The notes under the pieces: model-generated | Database searches by the model: none | Seen by the model: the letters and a program-made list of their open reading frames with translations, nothing else | Told to the model about the DNA's origin: nothing | Position numbers and translations under genes: made by a program | Origin: Octopus bimaculoides | Taxonomy: Eukaryota | DNA length: 48,663 nucleotides | Direction of reading: 5' to 3' | NCBI RefSeq assembly: GCF_001194135.2 | Contig: NC_068996.1 | Coordinates: 31,246,291 to 31,294,953 of the forward strand | Part shown: piece after piece, positions 1-12,900 of the stretch | Position numbering within the stretch: the stretch's first letter is position 1 | How the letters are laid out: every line of letters begins with the position of its first letter

Positions 1-187
<187 letters not shown>

Positions 188-1301
188 CCACAAAAAGTAT
201 AATTAAGTATATCATTTAATGAAATCACGTACGTTTTGTACAGTTCTTAATTAAACAAATTATCAATAGTTATCATTAATACTCATTGATTCCTCCATCC
301 TGGACAACATTAACAGGGCAGCCTTGCTCTCTTTTAGATAGTAATGCTTACTCTTCAATGATTACCTGACTTCTCTTTTTTTTAAAAAAGAAAGATATAT
401 GCACTTTCTCTTCTCTCAGACACATACACACACACATTCATATCCCTCCCCACACGCATAGAGATAGACATACATTCACACGCGTATATACAAACGCACT
501 CGTTCTTTTTTTCATTATTTTTGTTGATTGTTTCCTAAATGTTCATGACTGTTCTGTCGTCATTAATGTTCAAGATAATGATCTTGACATATTTTGTTGG
601 TGAGATTAAGACGTGTTTGCGGAATTTGGCTATTCTCACTCGGGATTTGATTTTTATTTCATATTTTATACATCGTTGCAGTTTACTTTTTCTAGCTTTG
701 AGGTTTTTTTGGTGGTGGTGGTGAGGAATATTACATGAAACTGGAATCCTAGAGAAGGATATAATAGCAACGAAAAAATCTTTTTTCTTTTGTGTGGAGG
801 AAGCAGAAATTAATGTTTAGTCCCAAGTCGAAATGTACAGATGTTCCAGCCACGACTACGTATTTTTATTTGATGTAATACACTCACAGTACATTATATG
901 CAAGTTAAGATTCTGTTAAATACTTATAAAAATAAACAACAGATTTTTCCTTTAAGTATTGTAAATTTAGTTGAAGAGATTCTTGAACATTTGGAATTAT
1001 CTTTACATTTTTCTGAGAGCTACTAACATACAACAATGCCCTTTTGTCTTCTTTAAGAGAAAAATTTCAATTCATTAAGAATTTTTTAAGCGTACGACAT
1101 TTAGTACATTACCATCACCCTTTAACTAATTTATCAAATTCATAATTTTAGCTTACTCAATGTTTTTCCATTGGCTCATTATATTTTTTAATCAATATAT
1201 TTTGTGCAGCGAACACAAAAAAATCTAATAATAAATAATTATATGGTGAGGAAACGAAAACATTAGCTGAATATCTAATATAATTTTAATCTTTGCGTTA
1301 G

Positions 1302-1355
1302 GTTGTGGCAGGCAACTACAGATATGTTTCTGTGTTATTAGACCTCCTCAATGAA
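1302..1355 (+). CDS. Candidate coding exon of unidentified host gene (VVAGNYRYVSVLLDLLNE, phase 0-0)
   Basis: Acceptor ttttaatctttgcgttag, donor GAA|gtaagg, 54 nt open in phase 0; the other two phases contain stops. Confidence 0.3.
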
Positions 1356-1622
1356 GTAAGGGCTTCACTTATCAAAATAGCGATAAGAGAATTAGTTACT
1401 ACAAGAACAATAACATTACATGAGCAGATGTGAACAATTAGCATGTTTAAACATTAAATCATTGAGGTTAATCTATTTTCCCAACTGCATAATTGTATTA
1501 AACTGGATTTTCGAGATTTACTACTTCAAGTTAATATTACCTTCACTATGGATGGTGCGTCTGAGAATTAATATCATTGAGGTACATTTAATTTCTTCTC
1601 TAGTATATTTGAAAATGCCTAG

Positions 1623-1663
1623 TTCTCGGGTGATCGCGACTTCCACATTCTACAAGAATTGCT
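1623..1663 (+). CDS. Candidate coding exon (FSGDRDFHILQELL)
   Basis: Protein-like frame that would link 1302-1355 to 1734-1783, but both splice sites (gcctag|, CT|gtttaa) are weak. Confidence 0.2.
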
Positions 1664-1733
1664 GTTTAACCGCATATTATTAATTATACTCTCTGAATGA
1701 GTACAATTAATGATATTCCATCTTTTTTTCCAG

Positions 1734-1783
1734 ATGCAGTGTAATTAAACCTGCTGTATACCATACGTTATTTTTTGTTGAGG
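1734..1783 (+). CDS. Candidate coding exon (CSVIKPAVYHTLFFVE, phase 2-1)
   Basis: Strong acceptor catctttttttccag, donor GAGG|gtgata; phase matches the 15563 exon. Confidence 0.45.
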
Positions 1784-2059
1784 GTGATATAACAGCTGTC
1801 TCTGGCAGCACTAACCCTCTACGTGCAACAATGTAGTGGTTCGCCTCGATAATATTTACTTAAATTGGTACAAACTCCAGAATTGTAGATTTCTGCAGTT
1901 CATTGACTCAACAACACAATGTATGACTGGTAATTATATTATTGAACTACAATCGGTGAATAGCAAAAACAACTCACGTTTTAAACTCTTGAAGAAAAGA
2001 AAGCTATACAGTACTATATGTCTTCCAAAACTGTAATGTTTCCGACAATTCACATGTTG

Positions 2060-2185
2060 CACAACGTTGTACAATGTTGTACAATGTAAATTATAAAAAG
2101 TATAAAATGTGAATTATAAATGTGAATTATAAAAATGAAAATATGAATTGTAAAAATATGAATTATAAAATGTGAATTATAAAAG
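2060..2185. repeat. Degenerate ~14 bp AT-rich minisatellite (atgtgaattataaa)
   Basis: Several imperfect tandem copies visible. Confidence 0.8.
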
Positions 2186-2879
2186 ATAGAAATATTAGTG
2201 ATGCAGATCAATATTTGTATAGCGATGGGATATAGGCAGATATTTAAAAAAACAAACACTAAGTAGAAAAGGATTTTCTGGATCTGTCAAATTCACAGGG
2301 ACCAAAAATCAATCACTAGTTGTAAAGTTAGTTGCTGCACGGGTATCTTTATGTATTTAGATAGAAGTGGATTGCAAGATTATTCCACGGACAAATTCTC
2401 AAGAATCATTTGATTACAACATATGAAATAATAAAACGAAATGGAAATGGGTGAACGATTGTGTTGCATGATAGTACTCTGTATTCAGAGAGGAAAATTC
2501 TAACGACCACTGGTTTGCATTCTTATGACATATATAATGATTATGATTGATATGGCATATCCTACTGACAGAAGCTAATCAATCAACGAAACAAAGAAAT
2601 GTTTGTAAAACGTAAACTCAATAAAAAAATAACTGGCTGATTTTTTTTTGTTCTTTCTTTTTTACTGTATTAATCAGTTACGATTAAGCAAAACTTAACT
2701 TCTCTTTGTCCAGAACGGAACGCAGGATAGTCAGGTTGAAGCTTTGAATTTCTACATTTTTCGGTATTTTTAATTTTTTCTTATTCTTGTTATATTTTGA
2801 AACTGAAGATGATAGGCGTATAACTGAAAATGGTTCATTACAAAAACACAACAAAAATAACAAAAGACAATCTGTGTTT

Positions 2880-3735
2880 GATTTACAGACAGTACATGAA
2901 TTTAACAGCTGGAAACACTACTACAGACAGTATATGGATTTACGAAAGAAACAGATATGAAATTCGGATTAGAAAAATGTGCCAAAGCAACCCTGAAAAG
3001 AGGAAAACTAGTTAAGAGTAGCAACATCACACTAGATAAAGGCAATGAAATAAGAGAATTAGACCAAAGCCAGACATACAAATATTTAGGAATCAATGAA
3101 CTAGATACACACAAATGAAAGAGAAAATGAAGAAAGAATACTATAGACGAGTTAAATCAATACTAAAAACGGAGCTCAATGCTAAAAACAAGATAATAGA
3201 TATTAACACTTAACGAACTAACGAAAATAGACAGGAAAATAAGAAAAATAATGACAGGATCTAAAATCTGACATAGAAAGGTTATATATACAGCGTACAG
3301 AATGTTGGAAAGGCCTTATAGAGCTGGAAAACTATTATAAAATAACCACCATAGGACTGCAAACATACCTACTTCAGAAGCAAGGAAAGCTAATACAAAT
3401 AGTCACAAAACACGAACAAAACAAAATACTGTTTTCAGTATTTAAGGAAGCTGACAAATACAAAAATAAATCATGCTACCTAATAAATATGAAGAAGAAG
3501 AAGAAGAAGAAGAAGAAGAAGAAGAAGAAGAAGAAGAAGAAGAAGAAGAAGAAGAAGAAGAAGAAGAAGAAGAAGAAACAAAAGCTATAAAACAAATGAA
3601 ATCCAAACTAAAACTAGAACAACAGACCATGATAAAACGATGGCAAGAAAAGCTCCTTCATGGCAAATACTGAGCTAAACTAAATGCAAAAGAAATAGAC
3701 AGAGAAAAATCCCAGCAATGGTTGAGAAGCTCAGC
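2880..3735 (+). mobile_element. R4/Dong-clade non-LTR retrotransposon fragment (RT C-terminus), decayed, with an internal (GAA)29 expansion
   Basis: Translates to QLETLLQTVYGFTKETDMKFGLEKCAKATLKRGK, SQTYKYLGINE and KEYYRRVKSILKTELNAKNK, typical of R4-clade RT ends; frameshifts present. Confidence 0.85.
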
Positions 3736-6165
3736 ATGCCGGTCGCAATACCTCTACTGAGTGCCTCTTCTAATTTCCTAACTCGGTCTCCCTCTACTCT
3801 AGTCTTCTCTATCGCTAGTTCTCTGCTAAATTCTACAGCTTCTACTCCAATCATCCATTTTAGGCCCCTTCCCACCAGCAGTTGTTGACGACTGCACCCG
3901 TCAACATTTGATGGACTAACTTGCTAAGCCGGTCTCTGAAAGCTTGACGTGCAGGGAAGGACGCGTTCAGCTTCTCGTGTCTGGGTCCCTGTCTAGGTCA
4001 ACCATACAGGTCACAGGTTTGTGTAGTTGTCGAATTCAAATTGTAGACATCCTATGCTATTCCTATCTGATGACTTACAGATTACCCTATCCACGTACAT
4101 TTATACAACTTACTTTAAGAACCACCATACTGGCCAGGAAGTAAGGAAAGGAAAAAGAAAATGTCAATTACCCGCCTGATGCTGTTTATGGTCGAGTGGT
4201 TCTCCGTCCTGTCTGTTTTGTTGGGTTCCTCTGGAAACCCCCTTAAAAGCCATATGCTGCCCGTTACACTGGGAGATCCAATAGCATATGGGTAGCTCCA
4301 CTTAATGCTCGTATATATCTCTAATGTCATTCGCACCATCATTAAGCTCCCCGGTATTCTAAAAGTGTTGAGGCTGCAAATCACCCCCTCTGTTTCAATG
4401 TTCTCGTTTTGTGCTATGAGAGCCATCAACTTTTCATCGGCCCTTCTCACTTGCACGAAATTCTACTGCTGCGCCGATGGCTGTTGTTGTTGTAGTGGCA
4501 TTTTTCTTTTTTGTTGTGTTTTTGATTCTGCAGTGGGTGTTTCTGATGGTGTTGGTGATTGTGGTGCTTGGAGCGTTGGTGTTGTCATCAGTGTGCCTGT
4601 GTTTGCCGTTTCTTGGATTTCTACCTTTTTTCTGTCTCTTGTTTTTTTTTTTTTTGCCTTTTGGGCTTCCCCGTCATCATCACTTGAATGCGTGGAAGAG
4701 TCCGTGTCTTGTATGTTTTCTTCTGGTGTTAGTTGTTTTGGTTCTCTTATAGTTGTTGTTGTTGTTGTTCCTGCTACTGAAGCTTCCGTCACTGCTACTG
4801 GTGCTACTCCCACTGCCATCATTACCCTAACACTTGCCTGTTTTGTCTCCTTGGGTTCCATTTCTGTTTCTATTCCCCTATCTTTCTGTTGTTGTTATTG
4901 TTGTTTTTGTCGACTCATGGATTGTGGTGCTTTCATTTCGACATCTATTCCTGCTCTTCTGTTCTAGTTCTGTGGACAGAGAAACCGTAAGTGGCTCGTT
5001 GAACCAAAATCATTGTACCTTGGCCTTCCGCTCTCCACGTTCACCTTTAGTTCTACTCCATTCGAGAGGGAAGTCTGGTCTGGGACTTTCTCTAACTCCT
5101 CTGGCTTCACGTGGAGAAGAACCTCCAAAGTAGTCCCAACCCAGTTCTCCCTCCTCGATCTTTTAATATCCAGGAGATTCTCCCCCCACCCCGTCCGTAC
5201 AGATACAGGCGAAAACCCATCATAAATCCAAGCTTGGTGGGACACCAGGCACCGTAATTCGCACTGCACTTCTTCTCATGCACGTAGGGAAGAGGGCCAT
5301 TTCCTCGTTGCTACGCGTGGTCACCGAGCCCTGTATCACCTGCCCCTCGGTCTTATAAAGAACCTCTACTCCTCCGTAGTGTCTCGCTCTCGCAATGTAG
5401 TGAATATCCTGCCATATGTCTTTTAAGTCTTTTTCCACTTGGTCGCATTTAGTATTTTCGAGTTTCCTTGTCTTTGTGTTCATGCAATTGTAGACAGCTG
5501 TCCGTTTGACTGTTGCTTCAAGCACGTCGCCTCGAGGCGTCAATTCTGCCCTCTTTCCATTCACTTTCATATATTTTGCTGCCTTGTTTAGTTTTTCTAT
5601 TTTGTTCTCCAATGAAGTGTTAACTAATTCCTTAGCTGCCATGATATTTTAAAAGTCTCTTTCCCGCCGCTAACACCATTTTTGTTAAATTCTTCGCCGC
5701 AGTTGCTTTCAATGTTGTTCTTCGTGCTACTACAATTTCCACGTAGTGAGGAAGACTTTACTCCTTCCTTCCTCTTGCCTTCTTTTTGCTTTTCATTTTC
5801 TTTCTTCTTTTCTTGAATCTTTACTTCTTCCTTCTTTTCTTCCTGCTGTCTACTGCTAATCATGGTGGGGAGCACGGGGAAGTCCTTGTGCAAATTACCG
5901 TACCATCTTCCTTACTTACTCCCGTTTTTCGTTGCCAATTTCAATGTTTATTTACTTCGAAGCAAATTTTCGAAGAAATTTGAAAAGAAAAATGTTTGTA
6001 TCACTTCCAAAATGGGGTTTTGGTTAACAAACGTCATTCCCCCATCCCCACAGAAAGGTAGCTGGCTTGTAAAACGATTTAAACAAAAAAATACAGTAAA
6101 GAACCTTTTAAACAAGTGAATTAGTCTTAAACTTACAGCGCTCCAAAAACACACTTCTAGCTATG
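3736..6165 (-). mobile_element. Tx1/L1-clade retrotransposon copy A (5' UTR, ORF1, partial ORF2), truncated
   Basis: ORF1-like frames 5642-5220 and 4861-4463; segment 3875-3735 (EFSRELAIEKTRVEGDRVRKLEEALSRG) is homologous to the post-endonuclease linker of copy C. Confidence 0.65.
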
Positions 6166-6199
6166 GCGACAATAATAATAATAATTATAACAATGTTGA

Positions 6200-6700
6200 G
6201 AAGTTCAAAACCAGATATTCTTTCGTTACAACAGTTCAGATATGTAGCAGTGACATCGGTATGGAATTTAGAATTTCTAAATGCTCTGCACCCACTATTA
6301 GAACAGAGAAGAAAGCAACCTATGGTAGACTACAACTGCCATCGGAAGAAAGTATGGGGGGAACCAGAAGATAATGGATACACATATTTGGAGATTTTAG
6401 AAGTGGATGATATTTTACATGCAAAATGAACAAAAAGTTTAGAGAGACATTAGATAAAAGTAAAAATGATTTTAAAATTCAATCTGAATGCGAGAAATCT
6501 AGTCACTGTAATGAATGCCTGGGCAGTTTCAGTGGTTAGATATAGTGCGTCCATTCTCAGGTGGATGGAAAAACAATTATCAAAGTTATTATCAAAGTTA
6601 TACGGGACTTTGCACTCTAAAATAAATATTAACGGATTGTCCATGAGGAGAATGAATGATAGTAGAAGTCTCATCAGTGTAGATTGTTTATATAAGGAGT
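6200..6700 (+). mobile_element. R4/Dong-clade RT fragment
   Basis: YTYLEILEVDDI and ILKFNLNARNLVTVMNAWAVSVVRYSASILRW match the R4 RT C-terminal region. Confidence 0.75.
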
Positions 6701-9700
6701 AAAAGGAAAATGCTTGTAGAATATTTCAGTAATACCCGGGCACTGGACGATAGTGTGCAAATCAGTTTCATCGCTCTGCGCACCTCTCGAACAAGCCCGG
6801 TTGACAGCACGTCCATGTCTGTAGAGTTTATCCCGAACCAGCAATGTCTCACCCACACCGGCCAAGGATATCTGGAAACTATCCATAGGGCCCGGCACGA
6901 AAGTCCTCTGGAACAGAGCAGCTAGTTGATTCTCGACGACCAGAGTCTCCCCGAGAGCATCATCGCACTTGCCCGCCACTACACTAACTCTCTATAGAAC
7001 GCATGTATCCCACAACCTTATTGGACGATACGGATTTGGCTCTCCATGTGCCGAGCTGCAGGCTCACTGAATTTTTTTTGGCTAATTTTTTGCTTCTGTC
7101 ACCGACTCATATTTTTAGATTAGTGCTGACTAAATCTATGTGTTTGGAGTTCGACACTACAACGGTAACGTTGTCTGCGTATGCCGACACAGTTTTCTCG
7201 CGGGATGCATTTCGATTTCTGCAGTAATGACTCTAGAGCCAGTACATACAAAAGAGACAAAACTGGACATACTTGACGGACCGAGCATGTGACGTTGAAT
7301 GGTTTCGACAGGTAGCCATTCATCCGAATTATCAAGCAGATGTCATTGTACATTGCAGCGATCCAGCCACGGAATATTGAACCGAAACCGACCGCTGTGA
7401 GAACGACCGGCAAGTATAGTAGTCGACCTTATCGAAGGCTTTAAATTGATCCAAATTGATCAGGGCCCCACCCATACCAGCTTCTTTACCCCCCCCCCCC
7501 NNNNNNNNNNNNNNNNNNNNNNNNNNNNNNNNATGATGTTATGCCATGAGGAGGAGGTTGTGGATGGATCTCCTTGTTATTGTGCATGTTTGAGCATCAC
7601 CAATCAGTTCCTTGACGACAAGCACCGACATCTTTGCCAACAGCTTGACGAAAATTTTGAAATCTGCGTTTAGCAGCGTTATGGGCCTAAAATTTTCTAT
7701 TTGATCCCCCTAGTTTGGGTTCTTTCTTAGCAGTAACACCATTCCTCGACTCACGAAAGTAGGAATTCTCCTGTTCTGCTGCCTGTTACAGTAGATGTCT
7801 GCTAAGAGGCCACTAAACATGCCTGGCACATAAAAGGTCTGCCTGTAGGGCAGACCATCTAAACCATGCGATTTGCACCCCATGCAGCCCATCATCTAAT
7901 CCCGTATTTCCGCAGCGGTTATCGGCATTTCGCAACGCTCTGTCCCACCTTGCTAAAAGTCGTGGCATGCCATTGAGATAGGTAGGCACTGAAGTACATC
8001 CTGCGTTCCATACTGCCATTCGCCCAACAGTTGGGCGAAGTGCTACTGAAATGTTGCAAAAATCTGCTCAGACTCGAGTATCATGCGCTCATTTTGGTCC
8101 ACCAAAGACCAAATTGTGACTTTGTTGCCACATTGCACCTCTGTCACTCGGGCTCATCGAGTAGCTTTCGTTCCCTCTTGCCTTAGAGCACGTACCTTAA
8201 CTCTAACAATTATCCTTCGTGCTTAGCTTTGAAAAATTGGTCCAGGACTAATCACGTCCCCAGCACATCGGTTCCTAAGCGCCTCTTTTGAGTTTCTAAG
8301 TTGCCCTCTATTCTATTTTTCACTATCGCTAATGCCTTACAAAACCTAATTGATTCTACTCTAAATGCCATTTTCAGGGCAAACCACCTTTTGTTGTTGA
8401 CGATTGACCTCGTCAATGCACGCTTACCTAATTCGCTAATCCGTCTGTTAGTTTGGCAAGTTATGCGTTCAACTTCCGGTAACCGGGTCTTTGCCTACGA
8501 AATCTGTTTAAGTCGACTGTGCAGATCACAAATTTGTGGTCTGTGTAACCGAAGATTTTGAAAAGTAGACAATTTATACTATTCTTATCTACTGGCCTAT
8601 AGGATACACTATCTAGACACGACTCGGATGACCCGATAAGGCTTGTCCGTATCCACACTGGCACATTCGGAAAATCCAGTCGGTACCTTTCAGGCAATTG
8701 AAAATGTCTGAGCAAGTTTGTGAAACTCTTGCACACCACTCTTCTAATAGCTAGTTCCACATACTCTAAGCGTATCTCCAAGTTTGTGCTCACCCATTAT
8801 CACTAAAAGTCGATATATTCTCAACAACATTTCCAGACATCTGAAGAAACCAAGCTGTCTCGCCCCGGTCGGAACATAAACAGCTTCCCAACGGTCAGAG
8901 AGTCTGGTTTCACTGACAACCAATAGGTGTTTCCAAGGCGACCAAAGGTTATATGCATTTATTCTGCCTATGCTGAGCAAGGCCAAGCTGGACAATGAAA
9001 TAGACAAGAGAGTACTACTTATCGCAGTTGTGAGGGACGGGAACAGGTGTTCCACAAGCAGTTCTCTGTGATGATTTTTGTTAACGTTTTTTCTAAATTT
9101 TTCTACCCCATTAGTGTATTGTTTTTTAAATGTGTTATATGTGTTTTGTGTTACTTGTATGATTTTTATGTGTGGAGGTACACTGGTTTTCGATGTGATG
9201 AAATTGCTCTGGCTGATGTCTGTATGGTTGTTTATATATTCAAATTGTTGGGATTTGTGATCAAACTCTTGTGCGTGTGAATTAGGTTGTGCATGTAGTA
9301 GTGATGTCTGTGCTTGTGGTAGAGATTGTGATAGTAATGGTGATAATGTTGACAATGCTATTGCAACCGTGGTTGGGGATGGTGTTTGAACATTGTTGCT
9401 CAGAGGCTTCTTCATTTGTCCGAATTTATTAGTTTTTTGAGTTGATGGTGCGTTTTTGTTCCTCTTTCTTTTCTTGACCTTGGTGACCGCTGGCCATTTA
9501 GGCTTGTCACCGTCTCCTTCATTACAGGATATGTTCGGGTGGTCCGAAGAGCGAAAGATTATGTCGTAGGAACGGTTTTGGTGTTTTGTTGAAGTAGTTG
9601 CTGTTGCTTTGGGGATTTCTGATGCTGTTGTTAGTGATAGCGGTGCTGTCGGTGTGGATGCTGTAGTAATTGTTGTTGCTGCTATTTTCGCAACTATTAT

Positions 9701-10033
9701 TTTCAGTCATGTTGTTAGTGGTGTGGCCACCTGCCTCTGTCGGTGTTGTTGTTGCGGTTTTTGCATGCAGTTGTTGTTGTTGTTGTGGCGATGGTGTCGG
9801 CAGTAATGTTGGTTTACTTTGCTGTGGGCAAAAGGTTTGAGGAGATTTGTGTCCCTGCACAGATGACACTTAGGCCTTCTGTTTGCAATAGCCTTGTTTA
9901 GCTTTGTGCCATCTGGTAGGCTTATGAATTCCGGGATGGCGACGACGCTTGGTTGATCCGCAAATATTAACATCTGTACACCCTGTTCTAACCAATTCTG
10001 CTCCTGTATTCTCCGCCACTCTACTTTAATCGG
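6700..10033 (-). mobile_element. Tx1/L1-clade retrotransposon copy B (partial ORF1 with knuckle-like RRPKCHLC, endonuclease, RT, C-terminal Cys/His motif), decayed
   Basis: LVVSETRLS endonuclease motif; RT segments NADFKIFVKLLAK, SVRQVCPVLSLLYVLALE, SAYADTV; C-terminal RACSRGAQSDETDLHTIVQC. Confidence 0.85.
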
Positions 10034-10034
10034 G

Positions 10035-10310
10035 TAACCAAAGCAGTTTTCCTTTGTCTGATGGCTGTGGCGAAAGAGGTTGTCTGATGGACGAAGCTGA
10101 AAGGAATGAGAACAGAGACATTACTCTTTGGTAAAGCCCTCATTGGCTTTTTCAATTTCAATTGAAATTGAAAGGGAAGTGCTGTTCTCGGGTGAATTTA
10201 TCAAAAGGTGGGTGAAAGTTGCGAAACTGGATGGTACCGCTCTAAGTGTAGACCTATGAGTAAGAAGAAAGGAATTGTCCTTGGTATTCAGGGAGATCTT
10301 GGATGGTGAG
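10035..10310 (+). mobile_element. Tx1 3'-end fragment (ORF2 C-terminus and start of 3' UTR), inverted relative to its neighbours
   Basis: Aligns to the reverse complement of ~13070-13265 (gaaaggaatgag.acaga.acatt.ctctttggtaaagccctca...gtgaatttatcaaa.ggtgggtgaaagttgcg). Confidence 0.85.
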
Positions 10311-12900
10311 GTTCCTCGATTATCCCTAGTAGTGGCTCGAGAGCCAGCACATACAAAAGGAGGTGACAGCGAGCAGCCCTGATGGACCGAATGTGCGATG
10401 CGAAACGGTTCCAATAGGTAGCCGTTTATTTTGACCACCAAGCAGTTGCCGCTTGTGCATTGCAGCAATCTAGCCTCTGAAAACGAGTCCGAAACCGGCC
10501 GCTTTAATGACGGATTCCTATCGAAAACTTTCGACTGATCTAAATTGATCAGCGCCCCACCAAAGACCTCTTTAGTCTTAGTCCTTTCTACGATGGATCT
10601 CATATGGTAGAGGTTATCGTGGATAGACCTGTTATAAATTGCGCAAGTTTGCGCCTCACCGACTAGACTATCGGTGACAAGCGCCAACCTTTTCGCTAAC
10701 ACCTTGGCCAAAATCTTAAACTCTGTGTTTAGCACTGTCGGCGTCCTTCTTCGGCTGTGTCACCCCGGTTAACAGCACTAGGAATTCTTCCGTTCTGCTG
10801 CCAGTTACAGAAGACGTCTGTCAAGAGTCTGTCACTCAAATCTGTCATGAACGCATAGAATTCATAGGGCAGACCATCTAACAGGGTGATTTGCGACTTG
10901 TGCAATCGCTCATTGCCGCCTGTACGTCAGTGATCGTAATCGGCTTTTCGTGTCCCACCGGGAGTTGTGGCAGGTCGTCCGTCGACCAAACACCCTCCCC
11001 AAACAGCCGAGGAAATGGCTGCTGGAAAGCCGTACACATATGTAGGTCTCAATGCCTTTATTAATCGCCTCTTCTAATTTGCTAACTAGTTCTTTCTCTA
11101 ATCTACTTCTTTCTATTGCTAAACCTTTGCTATATATTTTCGATTCTACTCTAATCGCCCTCTTCTGGGCGATCCACCACCGTTTGTTGACGAGAGACCC
11201 CGTCAACTGCCGCTTAACTAGTTCGCTAATCTGGTTCCTGTAGTCTTTGCGTGTGGGTAAGGACGTATTCATCTCCAAGTAACCGGGTCCTATCTAAATC
11301 GATTGTGCATATTAAATACGATCTGGATGACTCATTGTGGCGCATCAGAAAAATCCAGTCGGTACTTGTCAGACTAGGGAATTCCTGAGCAGGTTTTCGA
11401 TGCTATTACACCCACTTCTTCTCTGTACTAAACTCACATAGTCCTCCCGTGCGTCCAAAATACTATTCCAGTCCCCCACTAGTAATAAAGTGCGAGACGT
11501 TCCCAAGAATGTTCGAGACGCCTGAAGAAATCTGGCCTTCCAGCACCTGACGGGACATAAACTGATCAAAAAGTGTCACTTTCACTGCCATTCACGTCCA
11601 CGGCCACCATTTTACCATCCGGATCCAAGAAGATAACCCGTACTTGGAATTCGAAGGATTTCTGGAGTAGCATTGTTACACTGCCACTCACTCCTAATAG
11701 ACTACAAAATGAAAATACTGCGTAGTCCTCGAAAATGGATGCTAGAGCATGCTTTCCAGAAATTCTTGTTTCACTAACAGCGGCCATTAAAAATTACATC
11801 TAAATCAAGCGACATGAGATCGCTTACATGCGATCTTGCTTCCAGTATGGCCTACTGATGGTAGGCCATGCACATTGACATACCCCACCCTCAGCACAGT
11901 CATGCTAGTCGGAGAAAGAAAAAGAGGAAGTCACTCCTTGATTTTCAAGAAACCCAGAAGTTCCGAGCCTTCTTCTGGCGAAAGTATTTTGAAAAGGCCC
12001 TTCCAAAAAACCTTTAGTCGATTGATTTTTTAAAAATCCCATCACATGGGAAGTTTTCGCGGATTGTTTTATAAACGTCTGAGAACGTTTTAATTAAAAA
12101 TCTGTACTTCGGGGTCTTGAGAATGAAATCTTCAAATTTCCCTCTGTCTCAGTTTTGCTTTTATTTTGATTTATAAAACACATCACTCTAACCTTAGGAA
12201 GGCGTTGGCTACGATTGCTGGGAATTAAGAAGTCTTCATACCTCAAAGTCGTCGCGAAATGACACTTGGCTTCTTCTTCAGTCTCAAATCTTACTTCAGT
12301 TTCCCAAACTTCTTTCCTTGGCTGATGTGGGTCTTCTGTTCCCACACACGCCCGAGGCATTTTTGGATTTAGCTCTCTGAGGCATTTTCCAACCGGTGTG
12401 ATTTTACTCCGATGTAACTGTATGTAATCGTGCATCTCAAGATACTTTCGATCATATCGGGTGGAGGGTTTAGAGCTACTCTTCCATTTCTTTTAACGAT
12501 TTTTCAGGCTATTTCAACTCTCCTTCATCAATGGGGAAATCTTCTAAACCTCTCGAAGCAAAAGAAACCCCCAAGCCAGCGGAGGTCGTTGTGGAGGCCG
12601 GTGGCGGTGAAGTTTGCAGTTCTTTAAAAATTTTCATTGTTTATCTTTCCTTTAAGTTTCACTTCATTATTATCGCTATTGTTGTTGACGTTGTTGCTGT
12701 TGTTGTCGTCACCGTCACCGAATGTTTTGTTGTTAAATTGCAGTTTTACTGTTTTGACGCTGCTTAGAGATGAAAATGTTTTCGCCTCGCTGATGTCATT
12801 TAGGGTAGTCAATGTTACATCCATATTCTCTGTTTTCCCGGACAGTAACGCATCCTGTCGTTGAACATTATGATGATTTCTTTATCAACCATGTTTCAAT
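10311..12900 (-). mobile_element. Tx1/L1-clade retrotransposon copy C (ORF1 part, APE endonuclease, RT N-half)
   Basis: LRVGYVNVHGL, AAVSETRI and LLLVGDWNSILD (APE endonuclease); LNTEFKILAKVLAKRL, ALINLDQSKVFDR, HSVHQGCSLSP (RT). Confidence 0.9.

Noticed and set aside
2714-2960. Frame TERRIVRLKL*ISTFFGIFNFFLFLLYF... resembling a transmembrane segment
   Set aside because: Has an internal stop, is T-rich low complexity and runs into R4 sequence; no splice support.
10035-10315. Twin-priming explanation for the inverted Tx1 piece
   Set aside because: The inverted part is the 3' end and points toward the body; twin priming predicts an inverted 5' segment.
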